Shown piece by piece: positions 23,464 through 36,760 of a stretch of DNA of 64,000 nucleotides; positions within the stretch are counted from its first letter, which is position 1; each line of letters starts with the position of its first letter. The position numbers were made by a program, and so were the translations under genes. The stretch is taken from positions 9,734,001 through 9,798,000 of the forward strand of contig NC_042997.1 in NCBI RefSeq assembly GCF_006345805.1, written 5' to 3'. This stretch comes from Octopus sinensis. Its lineage: Eukaryota. The notes below the pieces were generated by a model, which was not told the DNA's origin, did no database searches, and saw only the letters and a program-made list of their open reading frames with translations.

Positions 23464-23621
23464 AGGGAAAGTTTACGAAAATAAACAAAAGACGAAGGCA
23501 GGTGGAGTACAAACAAACAAATGTATTAGTATAGCGCTCAGGAATAGAAATAGAAAAGATACACAGAAAAAAAACAAGGAGAGAATAAAATGCGTGTAGG
23601 AGCTAACGATCTATCATGGCG
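23464..23621 (-). mobile_element. (TA)n-anchored repeat (58157-type) lacking its hammerhead segment
   Basis: Aligns to the reverse complement of 58157-58371 on both sides of a ~40-bp gap. Confidence 0.7.
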
Positions 23622-23945
23622 TCCTGATCCTATATTCTACCACTACCAACTCTTACCTTTCCTCGACGGACACTACCTCTCCATTGGATTTTTTTTACGT
23701 CTAAGGACACCTACTCTTTGGCTGCACCTCTCTTACACGGATCAAAGTGACTTTATTATTGATATATATATATATATATAATTTAAACAATGATGGTGAT
23801 AAATTGAATATTAATTTAATTAATATCAATTTAAGACCAGTACCCTAGCATATATAAAAATCGGAAAATTCAGAAGAATTGTAGTACATGCGTATAAATG
23901 GGATGACCACTAAGTGGACATCCAATCCAATATGCTATTATACGC

Positions 23946-23994
<49 letters not shown>

Positions 23995-23997
<3 letters not shown>

Positions 23998-24200
23998 TAA
24001 TCCAAACAAGAAAAAATAAAAAAAACACAACAACGCGAGGACGTGGAACAAATAAAGAATTATTGGACGCTCAGGCAAGAAGGGAAGAAGGAGGGTTTAA
24101 CGTTTCGAGCGGAGCTCTTCGTCGGAAACATAGGAGAAGGAAAGATCCCGAGAAGGGAAGACAGGAACAAAAATCGCCAGTGGTACTCACGTGGTTACAT
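23995..24200 (-). mobile_element. Short (TA)n-anchored repeat with hammerhead variant (24096-24128, CCGACGA core)
   Basis: Reverse complement ttt CCGACGA a GAGC tcc GCTC GAAA cg tt aaa. Homologous to 5941-6132. Confidence 0.68.
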
Positions 24201-25959
24201 ATAGACATTGATAGATAGATAGATGCGACTATGCATGTAGGTTAATGCGTAAATGTACGAATAAATGTGTGAAGATGCACATAAATATATATATATATAT
24301 GAATGTAATTTAAGATATGCCTAATTTATGTGCGATTTAAAATATTTGTTCACACATACACACACATGCACATATGCACTTGTGTGGAGAGGTATTTGTA
24401 TGTCTATGTATATCTTGTTTTCGTCCATACATATACGTACATTTGCTTGTGTATTTGCTTATCTCTTTGCAAGGAAATGCATATATAATTAGATGTCAGC
24501 CCCAGCATGTGTAAATAGCTCAGGGACTTCGAACTTATATAACCATGCGAGAAACCATGCGTGCATGTATATATGTGTACGACCACATATATGTCGGTGT
24601 ATACGTACTTGTTGCTTTGTTCACACATACATGTACAGGTGCGTGTGCCTGTGTTTGGATGAACGCGTCTGTGTGTCGGCAAACACGTGTTGAATATGTA
24701 TGTGCTTCTTAGTATGCCTGTATCTGTGTTAATATGACTGTCTCGGTCTCCCTATGCTTTGTAAGTGAATATATATATGTGCTGCTATGTAAGCCAATAA
24801 GTATGAGGCTTCCTATGGACTATAGTTGTGTATGACTATATAGATATATGTAGAGATACGTGTGTGTGTGTGTGTGTGTGTGTGTGCAATACACACACGC
24901 GCAAAAACAAGCGCACACAAGCCGGCACACACACGTATACATAGATATATAGCAATGACGGGCATATTTATTCTTCATACTTTCTGATAGATTCGAACAT
25001 GAACATATCAATTACTGTTGTGCCTCGTCCTTGGAGAACGACTCCTTACAGACGAATGAGTGTTCATAACACACATGACTTATAAGGGTAAGTGGACTGT
25101 GGAACATCCTGTGATTGGACATCGCTGTGCCTCGTCCACCAAAGGTATCTCGAACTAATGAATCTAACAAAAGTTCGCAGCTCTTTGTAACTCCAATGTA
25201 TGGCGACTTGTTACCAATTACCAATATTACCACGCACCAGCAAATAACGCTACTGACCATGATTTAGTTCCTGTTAACGACCAACCCTGCTGAAAACAAC
25301 AGCTCACCAAGCGTAATTAGCGGTTTTGTGCACACATTTTACATTCCTGTGGTTGCCTCGGTAAATTGCATAAACATAGATCATATAAACAGATGTCCGT
25401 TGTTGCTATAATCCACATTGCACCCTGCAGTTACTCATCCTTCTTAGTATATTTACAACAGCCGTACGTCTACTCCAGATGAAAGTTTTCGTCTAGTTAC
25501 TCACATTATATGACAAGTGTTTAACTGAATGAAGTCGTAAATTATTCAATCATTTTCTCAAATGGTATGTCTGGACTGAAATGCCAACTATTTGCTTAGC
25601 AAAACAAGAAATATCACTAAACAAATGACCTAAAGTAATATTTTTACAGAATGTAGCAGAAAGGCTTAAAATTCGTCATTGACAGATAGACACACGTCAC
25701 TATGTTGACAAGCAATGGAACGATGAACAAACAAACCTCTATGTCACCTCTGATAGGTAGGTTATCTTCATTTTCACGACGAATTTTAGAAAACGGTTTA
25801 CCATCTTTGATCTTTTTCAGTTGTCTTAAAACTATGTCAAATGCAATTACCTGAGATTTATATCATGCCACTGATTTTATTTCCGAAGCCACTACTGTTA
25901 GACATTGATAGATTACGACTAAAATCGAAATACACATCTGCAGTTTAATGCAACATATC

Positions 25960-27175
25960 TTTTTGGACTCCCTGTCAGTGTCATAGATGCTACAGTCGCA
26001 TTTTTAATCTTTCCGACAGGGACAGACGAATGTTTCACAAATTATTCTGGTCTGGAGATGTATCAAAGACTAACATTCATTGCGGGCTTTCGGTACAATA
26101 CGGGAACAGTGCTCTACCGCGTAGAAGTAAGAGAGGACTGGGAAGTCTTAAAATGGCCAAAGAAGGAGCACTAACTTCCGGCAAACCGATAAATGATCAT
26201 CGATGAAGTTACGTTCTCTGCAAATTACTCAGGGTTCTGCACACGAAATCATCCACAACAAGCTTTGCTTCTGTAAAGTCAGTGTAAGATGGGTGCTAAG
26301 AAAGTTTACCGAAGCGCATAAGTGCAATCGCGTGGGGATCTTACTCGACCGCTACAACAACAAAAGTGAAGCTTCTTTGGAGAGAATAGTTACTGGAGAT
26401 GAAGTCTGGGTCTGTCTCTTTGAGCCAGAATCCAAAAGCAGAGTATGGCGTGAAAACACCCGGAATCGCCAGCGACAAAGAGATTCAGGACTCAACTCTC
26501 CGCAGAAGAAGTGATGTAAATCGTTATTTGGAACGTGAAAGAGCCTTTAAAGGTGTCTACGATCACCAATTAGCATATAGCAGTACTCTACAATCTCTTT
26601 TCCCTTGCGGAAAACTTATATTTTTTCCAAAATTCGGTGGCACATCTGAACTAAAATTATAAATAAAAGTACAGGGAAAAACTATATTCAGGTTACACCG
26701 CGGCACACCTAGCATCGTATCGTGGCACACCAGTGTACTCCGGCATACTGCTTGCGGAGCACTGGTCTATAGTGAAATGCTGGCTCACAAAATGAAACCA
26801 GCAATTCGCACCAAAGGCCGAGGTCTATTGTCAAAGTAAATGTTATCGTTGCACGTCAACGCAAGCCCACACAAGCCTACCCACACCGTTGAAGCCATTG
26901 AAAAATTGGCTTTCCAGTCGCTGGAACACCTTGTATACATTTCAGATCCCACTACTCCTGTCACTCTTAGAACTGCTTAAACATCCTTTATGAGGTTGTC
27001 GATTTGCTACGAACCAAGAAGCGCAGAAAGCAGAGCATAAATGGATGCGCGTCCATTCGAAAATCTCCGATGAGATAAACAAGCTTGTGGACCGCTGGAA
27101 GAAGTCCATCGGAAAGCAAGAAGATTATGTCGAAAAAATGATGTAATTAGTCAACCTCTGCTTTTGTTTTAATAA
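25960..27175 (+). mobile_element. Decayed mariner transposon
   Basis: GSAHEIIHNKLCFCKVSVRWVLRKFT, LERIVTGDEVWV...EPESK, LHVNASPH, and RWKKSIGKQEDYVEK at the C-terminus. Confidence 0.85.
26581..26764. mobile_element. hAT-type MITE nested in the mariner
   Basis: Termini cagtactctaca / tgcggagcactg (CAGT...ACTG) with imperfect 8-bp flanks gcatatag / gtctatag. It interrupts the transposase frame. Confidence 0.6.
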
Positions 27176-27416
27176 ATCACAGAAACAAGGACTTCTCGTA
27201 TATATATATATATATATATATACGTATAAATATATATGTATTCATGTACTTGTATTTGTCTGTTATATATATGCCTATGGTTGTAAATACGAGGTATATA
27301 TATGTATTTGTATTCGTACATATAAAGATGTACATATATACGTGTACGCAGGTGTGCATATGTATGTATGTACGTATGTATGTATATATGTATATGTATG
27401 TGTGAGTGTATATATT

Positions 27417-27507
<91 letters not shown>

Positions 27508-27714
27508 GTATGTTTGTGTATGTTACCCTAAAGCTTCTGAAAGAATCTCATTATCTCCTCCAAACTCTCTAACCTTTCTTCCAATGAACGTAATTTCTTC
27601 CTGATAATGTCACAATATTTAATAGCGGATATAAACGCCAAGTATAATGCGTATATAACATTACATTAATACCCAAGAAGAAAACGAGAAATATAAATAA
27701 AAATATTTGATTTA

Positions 27715-27748
27715 ATCGTCCATTTAACTTGCAAGTTAAATGGACGAT
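27715..27748. repeat. Perfect 34-bp palindrome
   Basis: atcgtccatttaacttg|caagttaaatggacgat. Confidence 0.95.
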
Positions 27749-28619
27749 AACTTCTCTGTTCTTTCATATCATACAAAAGCATTTCCTACCTAAAAGTAAA
27801 TACCGTAAGTTAATTAATAAACTCATAAAAATAACACATTCGAAAACCAATAACAAGGCAAAAACACTAGTATACCAATAAAACATTTTTTAAACCCATC
27901 AAGCATCCCAAATCTCACAAGATGCTCAAAATACTGTAAGTGCAACAATGCTCCATCTTGTCTTTTAAAATGAAGCTGTCTAGATAGTAACATGATATAT
28001 AATGCAACAGTAACTTATAGTACCAATGCTATAAGCCCTATCTCGATATCTTACGTAGGTTTGACAGTCAATCTTAAAGAATTATTACGAACACATTCAC
28101 CTACTCCACAACTTACATATCAGCAGAAAAAAATACAACTTTATTATGTAGTTACATCTGATCTTTGAAATCTAGAAAAATATCTTACAAAATTAATTGG
28201 AAAATATTAATTCTGTAGGTATACTCGTGTGATATACGTACTATTGTGTATGTCTATATACATCAGCATATCTACGTGTGTATATGCGAGTTTGTACGTA
28301 TATGAGAATAGGTGTGTACGTGTGTGTATGTATGTATGTATGTATGTATGTATGTATGTATGTATGTATGTATGTATATATGTATGCATTTTTTTTTTGA
28401 GTGGATATAAAAGCTTTTGTAAATGTGAGTACATAGATATGCTTTTTGTATGCTGGAGTATGTGTTTGCTGGTATGAATACCTAAGTACGACTTGAAGAT
28501 CTGTCAGTTATTTATGTAGCTAAGTATCGTCGTACGTGTTAGAGTTCCGATGGGTATATATTTATATATCTCTATATAGGTATCCTCCAAGATATATGCA
28601 TGCGTGTGTGTGCGCGCTA

Positions 28620-28960
28620 CGCTATTCAGATCACAAGAAACCTCGGGAGAATGGCTCTGAACATTAATCAGTATAACTGAGGATGAAAAACTCAGAGCCG
28701 TACGAGGGCTTCCCAAAGGTTAGCTCGAATATAACACAGAGGAGACTAAGGTTAGCTAGAGATGCTCACCATCATTCAGAGTTGATACTGCACTCAGTAC
28801 TCCTGTGGGAACCCCTACAAGGACACACTGAAAGGAAGAGACCGAGGATGACATATGTTGATGCCCTAAGGACAGACACTGGTCTCTGGAAGACACAGGA
28901 CATTGCAGCGATGATGAAGGACAACGACCGCTGGAGAGAGTCTCGTCCATGGATTTCGGG
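28620..28960 (+). mobile_element. RTE-like LINE 3' fragment
   Basis: RRLRLA...HSELILHSVLLWEPLQG...RPRMTYVDALRTDTGL...DNDRWR. Confidence 0.8.
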
Positions 28961-28974
28961 AATTTTACCCGCCC

Positions 28975-29038
<64 letters not shown>

Positions 29039-30746
29039 TACATGAACATACATGTGCACTTATGTTACTTTTTTCTCGCGCACATAAATAATATTCGAAA
29101 TCAATTTTGTCTTTATAGCTACGTCTTAACTTTTAGTTTCTACCATACTTCAAATCATGATGACTTGCACTTGATTCGATAAAAATCTACCGAGTGTTTT
29201 CTTCCAGCTAAACACTAGGTTGAAATATATAACAAGTATGTACATCTGTGGAACTCGAAATCTGATGCAGATAATCGCCGAAGAAATTTTGAAGAGTCAG
29301 TCTTTTATTCATGATAAACACGCACACACAAACATTCTCTTTCTGCTTAAATTAATCAAATGTACAAACATATGTACGTGGGCATCATTGATTATGCATT
29401 TACATAGGATTACAACCCGGAAAACTTGTAGGGTTTAAATTTGTTCACATTACCTTTACGGTGCTCGATAAAAACCGGCTAGTTTTTAAGAGTGGGTAGT
29501 GTTTTCCAAACGTTGTAGATCGTATTTATTTCTTGATCTTTAGCATCACAGCTGTAAGTGAAACACCTGCAGAACCTAGCTTTCAAGTTTTGGTTATTAG
29601 GGGATGTAAATGGACTCGCCTAAGGGGATCGTTTTAATCAACTACTTAGTTGTTTCCGGTGAGTAAGAGATGAAGCACATTTGCTGTCATTGATATTTAG
29701 CAAAAAAAAAAAAAGGGAGGTCCCATGAGTCAGTAGATTTGATATGCCATAGGGTCCAGGAAGTGTGTGATGCGTTGTGTACCCTGTGTGCTGGATAGGC
29801 TGGACAACATCGCATAAACCGATAGATTCAGAGATAGATATTGAGTTTATAGTTAAGAAACAGATCAGCTGTATTCTGAGTGTCTATGTATCGGTCAGTG
29901 ATAGTGCACTGTATAAAAATTGTTTATGTAGTGAGTCGAAAATTGCAAAGTTTCGGTTCTGCACTGGTAGCGTCAGTTTTGAGAAAGCCAAGAGGTGTTG
30001 CTAGCGATGAATTTAACGCGAGTGATGAATTTTGGGAGGAGTGAAACGAAATAGATATCCACAATGCAGGAAGAAATGATGGAAGATTTGGTGATAATTG
30101 GATAAATTCTGAGAGCGATAGCAAAAGTAGATATATATGCATATATTTCACATATTCATATACTTGTTGAAAAACCCCTGCATAAACAAATGTAAGCCGT
30201 GTATAAATCTATATCTTTCATTTAGTACAAGGAAATGTCCTCTGCTTCTCTGCGCGCGAGAAATATCTAACCTTTTTCGATAAGGAACACGGAACAATGT
30301 TGTGGTGAATTGAATCATTCAGCTGTAAGATACGTTTGCGTTATGCCCAGCAAAGATAATTCATCTGAATGCTTTTTCCGTAAGGTTGCGTCTTTTGTTT
30401 GCAGACAGAGAGGGAGAGAGAAGGGGAGAGAAAGATAGAGAAAGATGAAGAAAGATAGAGAAAATATATGTATGTGTGTGTGTGTGTATATATATTTATA
30501 TATACTGTTGTTATTATGCAATAGTATCGCAAGTCCAAAACGTTGCTTTTTCAGAAAACGAAAAAATAGTTTCACCATTCCATAGCAAAACCATTCTACT
30601 ACACTCTGACAATTTTTGATATCTTGGCATCTGATGGAGATACGATAGCTTGACCAAAAGGACCGGTTATTGTAAGCAAAAATAAATATTGAAAAAAAAA
30701 TGCGTTTTGACAAATTTGGACATTCGACAGTTTAACATAATAGCAA

Positions 30747-30776
<30 letters not shown>

Positions 30777-30784
<8 letters not shown>

Positions 30785-31146
30785 AAAGGGCTTAGTAAAA
30801 TAAATTACTTTGCCGCATACTGAACTCATTAGAAATAGCAGCTAAAAAACTTTTTAAAAGCTATTTCTAATACTTAAAGAAAATCTCTCTCATATATAGT
30901 GTTTGCTTAATTCAACTCACAAAAGTTTGGGGGTAAGGACATCGAAAAATCAAATGCTAAGGTTAGCATTTGATTTTTCGATGTCCTTACCCCCAAACTT
31001 TTGTGAGTTGAATTAAGCAAACACTATATATGAGAGAGATTTTCTTTAAGTATTAGAAATAGCTTTAAAAAAGTTTTTTAGCTGCTATTTCTAATGAGTT
31101 CAGTATGCGGCAAAGTAATTTATTTTACTAAGCCCTTTTATATAAT
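30777..31146. repeat. 370-bp fold-back palindrome (184-bp arms, 2-nt spacer)
   Basis: ...aaaaatcaaatgctaa GG ttagcatttgattttt... I saw only one mismatch between the arms. It abuts (TA)n on the left. Confidence 0.97.
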
Positions 31147-31391
31147 GTAATAATTTGAATTCGCCTTGAATGGTCCCTTTGCATACTGAACACTTGGTGA
31201 AATTGATTAATAATTAATTAATTTTGCCCTCAATTGTTGAAATTATATATATATATATACATATATTATCCGCTCTCTCTCTCTCTCCTCCCTTTCTCAC
31301 TCTCACTGCAAACAAAAAGAAAAGTCCCCACATAAACAAATGAATGCTTATGGAGTGAATATATATATTTATATCTTTCATCCGTTATGTT

Positions 31392-31813
31392 TTTTTCACT
31401 TGTTTCAGTCATTACACTGGCCATGCTGGGGCTCTACGTTGAAGTATTTAACTCGAAAAAAATCGATCCCAGTAATTGTATTTTTTTTTAGCCTGGTACT
31501 TATTCTATTGGATATCTTTTGCCGAACCGCTAGTGTTACGGGGAAGAAAACACATCAATAGCGGTTGTCAAGCAGTGGTGGGGGCCAAACACCGACATGA
31601 ACACACACACGCGCACACACACACACAAATATGTATATGTATATATACATACGACGAGCTTCTTTCGGTTTCTGTCTACCATATCCACTCACAAGGCTTT
31701 GGTCGGCCCGGGACTATAGAAGACACACTTGCTCAATGTGCTACGCAGTGGAATTGAACCCAGAACAATGTGGTTGGGAAGCAAACTTCTTATCACACAG
31801 CCACACCGGCGCC
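31392..31813 (-). mobile_element. SINE family B (diverged)
   Basis: Homology to 18611-19009 throughout. Confidence 0.85.
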
Positions 31814-31835
31814 AATATATATATATATATATTTA

Positions 31836-32036
31836 CAAAATGAGACTAGAACGCAAAAAATCTAGACAGTTAGATGATACAAGAAAGGGACAACAACCAG
31901 ATAGACGATATAAAGAAAACAAGGACGAGTCATTCAGAGTTTTCTTTCCTCAGTCGAGTTCCAGATTATCTTTGCAATTTCGGCTGGTTGTACTCGAGAT
32001 TGCTCCAATTTGGCCAGCCCCAAGGAAAAACTAAGC
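31836..32036. repeat. (TA)n-anchored dispersed repeat, family of 44097-45360
   Basis: gatacaagaaagggacaac...gagttccagattatctttgcaatttcggctgg...aaggaaaaactaag is shared with 44100 and 44880. Confidence 0.85.
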
Positions 32037-33399
32037 TTTATGACATAAAAGTTAAAAATTAAAAGTTAAAAATCATATTAAAAATAAAAATTACAGATAC
32101 ACTTTAAAATATTAAATGCTTAAAGTACAATTAAGATATATATATATATTGAAAATGGTCTACCTAAGGAAATTATTAACGATTAAATTAGAAACATATC
32201 AAATCTTATAATATATCTAAATAAATATTATAGAAGTTAATAATTTAGTGTAAATTATACTCCTGTCAATACTAGTATAATAAAACATATTTTATGTCAT
32301 ATGAGATTTAATAGTGTGGAATAAAGATTAATTCGTAAATACAACTACTTACGTTAGAAACTTAGTGAATAAAAGAAGTAAAAAAAAGTTAAAAAGTAGA
32401 TTACTTTATGGCATAAGGCTTAATTCTGCAAGTTCAAGTGCAAATGGCCGCCCCCACTGTCGGACGCTAAGTATTATGGGAATTTGGTAAAATATAAAAG
32501 AATAAGATAAAATACTCTGAAAAATACTCTAAAAATAATATTATAAGAGAAGTTGAAGTCAAGGGGAGATAATAACTAGAAATTGGGCTATAATCGTAAA
32601 GGTAGCTATACACACACACACACACATACATATATATCCACCCATGTTCATACATATGCACATGTAATATTGTAGACATAGACATACATTCATATATTTA
32701 TATATCTTTGAATATAGAAACTCTAAAAAGATATAGGGAATACATGGGAAATAAATCTTGGTCATTTATTTGATAATGAATTTACAATATAGCATGTCCG
32801 GGTTTCTTATTTCTGATTGTCACATTTGTATGCATGTATGTGTGTGCATGCATGCATGCATGCAGTTATGTATGCATATAAAGAAACTATATATGCACGC
32901 TTGTTTGTAATGCATGTAAGTATAAATATATTCATGGAATTATGTGCATGAGTCTATGTATTTGAGTGTGTGCGTATATTTGTGACAGTGTGCGCCAGTA
33001 ATATGAAAAAAATATATACGCTGATTTTAGTCATCATTCATTTCTTAATTAATCAATCAATTAATTAATTAATTGATAAAATATTTTTCGACATTATAAT
33101 TATTTGCAAAGCTTTTCTTCACAACACCTTTGAGCTGTTAACTACAAATGCATTGATTTAGTACAGATCAGTGAACAGATCAGAGTAGCAATATATAGGC
33201 TTAAGTACAAAGTACAGAAAGAAAATAATTACTTAATTGGTAAAGAAGTAATCAATAACTGCAATCTTTGAAAGTATCTGTTATTGGCAAAAACCATATT
33301 TTTTCTCAATGTGCAAGATCTACTCCAGCATATGATATTGAATACAAAAATTAAAATAAAATAATTTTCAACACAAACGTAGATACATTCATTTTATTC

Positions 33400-33570
33400 T
33401 TTTATTCTATTACTCGTTTCAGTCATTTGACTGAGGCCATGCTGGAGCACCGCTTTTAGTCGAGCAAATAGACCCTAGGACATATTCTCTGTAAGCCTAC
33501 TACTTATTCTATCGGTCTCATTTGCCAAATCGCAATTTACGGTCAAGCGATGTTGGGGGGACAAACACAG

Positions 33571-33603
<33 letters not shown>

Positions 33604-33770
33604 CATACGATGGGCTTCTTTCAGTTTCCGTCTACCAAATCCACTCACAAGGCTTTGGTCGACCCGTGGCTATAGTAGAAGACACTTGCCCAAGGTGCCA
33701 TGCAGTGGGACTGAACCCGGAACCATGAGGTTTGTAAGTAACCTACCTACCACACAGCCACTCCTGCGCC
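33400..33770 (-). mobile_element. SINE family B (internal deletion)
   Basis: Homology to 18611-19009, missing ~45 bp of the middle. Confidence 0.88.
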
Positions 33771-34419
33771 TATGTACACACACTTACTTAAATATGTTTC
33801 CGTGTATCAGGGGAAGACTTTTATCGAGTTCATTTCGGAATGAAGCAATTTAGATAACATTAACCGCTTGATAATATTGAACAGAAAATATAACACTATC
33901 CTAAACGCATTTAAGATACGCAATTTATCATAGTTTTCATGGTATTGACAGTTGATAACGTGAATAATGGATGTTCTATAAATTTCAGAGCCAGCATACT
34001 TCAGAGCCAGCTTCGTATACGAATATGACTTTGAAAACAATGCGATCAAAATAGATAAAAATAAGTAATGAGTGTGTATGCATATTTCAAGAGTTATTGC
34101 TATTTCATCAGCACCACATCCAACCCATCGATTATCTAAGAACTCATTTCCTAAATTCCTACTAAGTTTATCGGTTTAATGCAATTGGATGCATCAATTT
34201 ACATATTAAACAGATTCCTGTTACCTGGTACGTACATATTAATTGCATGCAAAGACAATGTATTTCGCTTTGCAACCATAATATATACTAACAAGTATAT
34301 TAAATATTTGCAAGTCTCTCTGTCTCCCTCCCCCTCTCTCTCTCCATCGCCCTATCTATATTTCTCTCTCTCTCCACCCCCTCTCTATCTCTCTCTATCT
34401 CTCTCTCTATATATATATA

Positions 34420-36760
34420 ATGCAAATAATTAGAAAATGGAGAAAACCATAGATTAACCAACACATCGATTGGACCACATTTATAGCTTATTTTCTAATA
34501 CAAAGCATGACATAACAAAATAGGTGATGTAACATATCTTACGGCCGTTAAATGATCGGATTGCCTAAAGGCCGTCAATAATTGAATACATATATAAAAA
34601 AACCTTTTCATAGGGCATTCGAATTAAGGCAATGGATCTTCATCAGAAAGAAATACAAGATCATACGATACAAAAATAAAAGGAAGAAGGGGAAAAAAGA
34701 AAACAGGGCTCAGACAAATAGTCTAGAAGCCCAATATATTAAGAGCAGATAATTTACCAACAGGGGCTACAGGGTCAGTAGTTAAAAGAGTGAGCTAGTA
34801 ATAGTCTAGGGAATACTACTATTTATTAACGGGTAGGTTCAATTAGAAGTGGGGGGTCAGGATGTTTTAAAAAAGAAGTTATCAAGAAACTATATATAAA
34901 GAAAATACTAATATGATTAGTATTGCTAACAGAGTAAACTCAAGTAAAAGTAGAGAATTATCGTGGGGCGCTAAAGAAAAATTTACTTACAGAAATTAAT
35001 ACCCAGAGTCCCACCTATGGTCCACAATGGGGCAAGTCTAAGTCCAGCGGTCTCTACAATTGATCAGTTACAATTTGAACTGAGGTCACAAGTTAAAACC
35101 GTTAAAAAAGAATTTGTTTATAAAATAATCAAGAAAGGCAAAAGGAAAAAAGATAGGGGATGAGCCAATGAATAGATAGTGTGGGGCTGTTTATGTTCTT
35201 CAGCATCTTAACGTTATAACATGCATGAGGGAGGAATTTGGGAATCTTCGAGGTAGTGGTTAGGGGGAGGCAACTAGTACTGGTAATTCAGTGTTTCAAT
35301 GAAAACTACTAGGGAAAGAAATTGAGCTAAACCTCGTATATAGTGAATTGTAGTAGTAATTAGGTATATACAGGTATGCAAGAAAAATTCCTCTCATAGG
35401 TGCTCTGCAATGCAGAAATAAAAGTCACATACTGAAATAATATCAAATAACGAAACTCCCTAGTTGTCAACAATGTCCTAAGTAAGCTTCATAAGCATTA
35501 CATAGTCTTCAAAGTATATAGTTCCTATTATCATAAAACATTTTAGAAGAATATGATGGTACTAATAGGTGCAAATCAATGCCGGGTCCACAAGAAGATT
35601 GGCACTATGAGAAAAGTTACCTTGAATCAAGCAATTTACCAAGTATGCCTAAAAAGCAAAAACAAATGCCCTAAGATAAGAGAAAAATATTAATTAAATC
35701 TAGTCAATAAAATTATAAACAAAGATATATTAACTCCAAGTCGATGCAAAAAAAAAATACTGGTGGGCATAGAGTACAATAAAGTAGCGAAAATATAAAA
35801 CATAATAAAATAAAATGAAAAGGATGAAAAATCAAACATTGAAGTAATATTGTTCACATATATGTAGGGCTGATAATGTACGGACCAATAAGATTACGTT
35901 AATTTCTTTTGAATGTCAATTTGCAAACATTTATGTTTATCCTTATATCTTATGTTAGAGATCCATTCTATTGCGCTTCGGGTGTTTGTCCATAACTTCA
36001 GTTTAATCTTTTTCTTAAGGGTTGGTATATTCTTATCCATGATTGCTCTGCTAAGCTTACCTACGTCTGACTTATTGGGGCATATTAATTTGACCTGGGT
36101 GTTATGTAGATAATTATCTTTTTGATCCTTAATAGTTATACGAGGTCTAATCGGTGTAAATGGTGCAATCCTGTCATCAATATTATACTCAAACATAATC
36201 TTTTTGGCCTCTATGTTGATTGTTTTGAGTGTACTCTTAGGGACCACTTTATATTTTTTAAGGATTTCACGGTGAATAAGTTTATGGTAAGAGACAATGT
36301 TCATGTTATAGGTATTTTATGTTTGTCTGAGTGTACTATTATTCCTTTCTTGGAATTTAGCTCAAGAACCAAATCCTTAAGCTTCCTTTTGTACTTATTG
36401 TGCCTAAGGGAGTGGTTCTTCAACTTAATGTCCTTAATTAAAGACCAGAGTTCATTTTCAAAAGCTTCAAGGTAACTATTTGGCGGTGGTGTTTTCCTAG
36501 TTCTGAAAATTCTCCTTATCATCCATATTGTTGTTGTTGGTATTGATGTTGGCAGTGTCATTGGTACTAGTATCGAGAGTAGTTTAAGCTTTCTGCCATG
36601 GTGGTAGGCTATCCAACGAATTCTTTGGGTGAAGTCAGTAAATTTAGGAACGAGTTCCTCGAGGTAAGTATTCTTAAATGGCTTGTAAACATCTTCCACG
36701 CTGCAATTGTTTTTGTTTCAACATGCGATCTCATATCAAGACACTTGCTATACAAGTACA
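34420..36760 (-). mobile_element. Penelope-like retroelement remnant (N-terminal and RT-start ORF pieces 36699-35894, plus downstream non-coding region)
   Basis: FTQRIRWIAYH...TPPPNSYLEAFENEL...IIVHSDK, RITIKDQKDNY...VKLICPNKSDVGKLS...LWTNTRSAIEWI...LQIDI resemble PLE RT (LINPAKSEIG...QWKNT...FIQFDI). The 3' extent is inferred. Confidence 0.72.

Noticed and set aside
31050-31110. Hammerhead in the palindrome arm (GAAA tagc...gctattt CTAATGA)
   Set aside because: The core is CUAAUGA, there is no room for stem I and no stem II partner. It is a simple hairpin.
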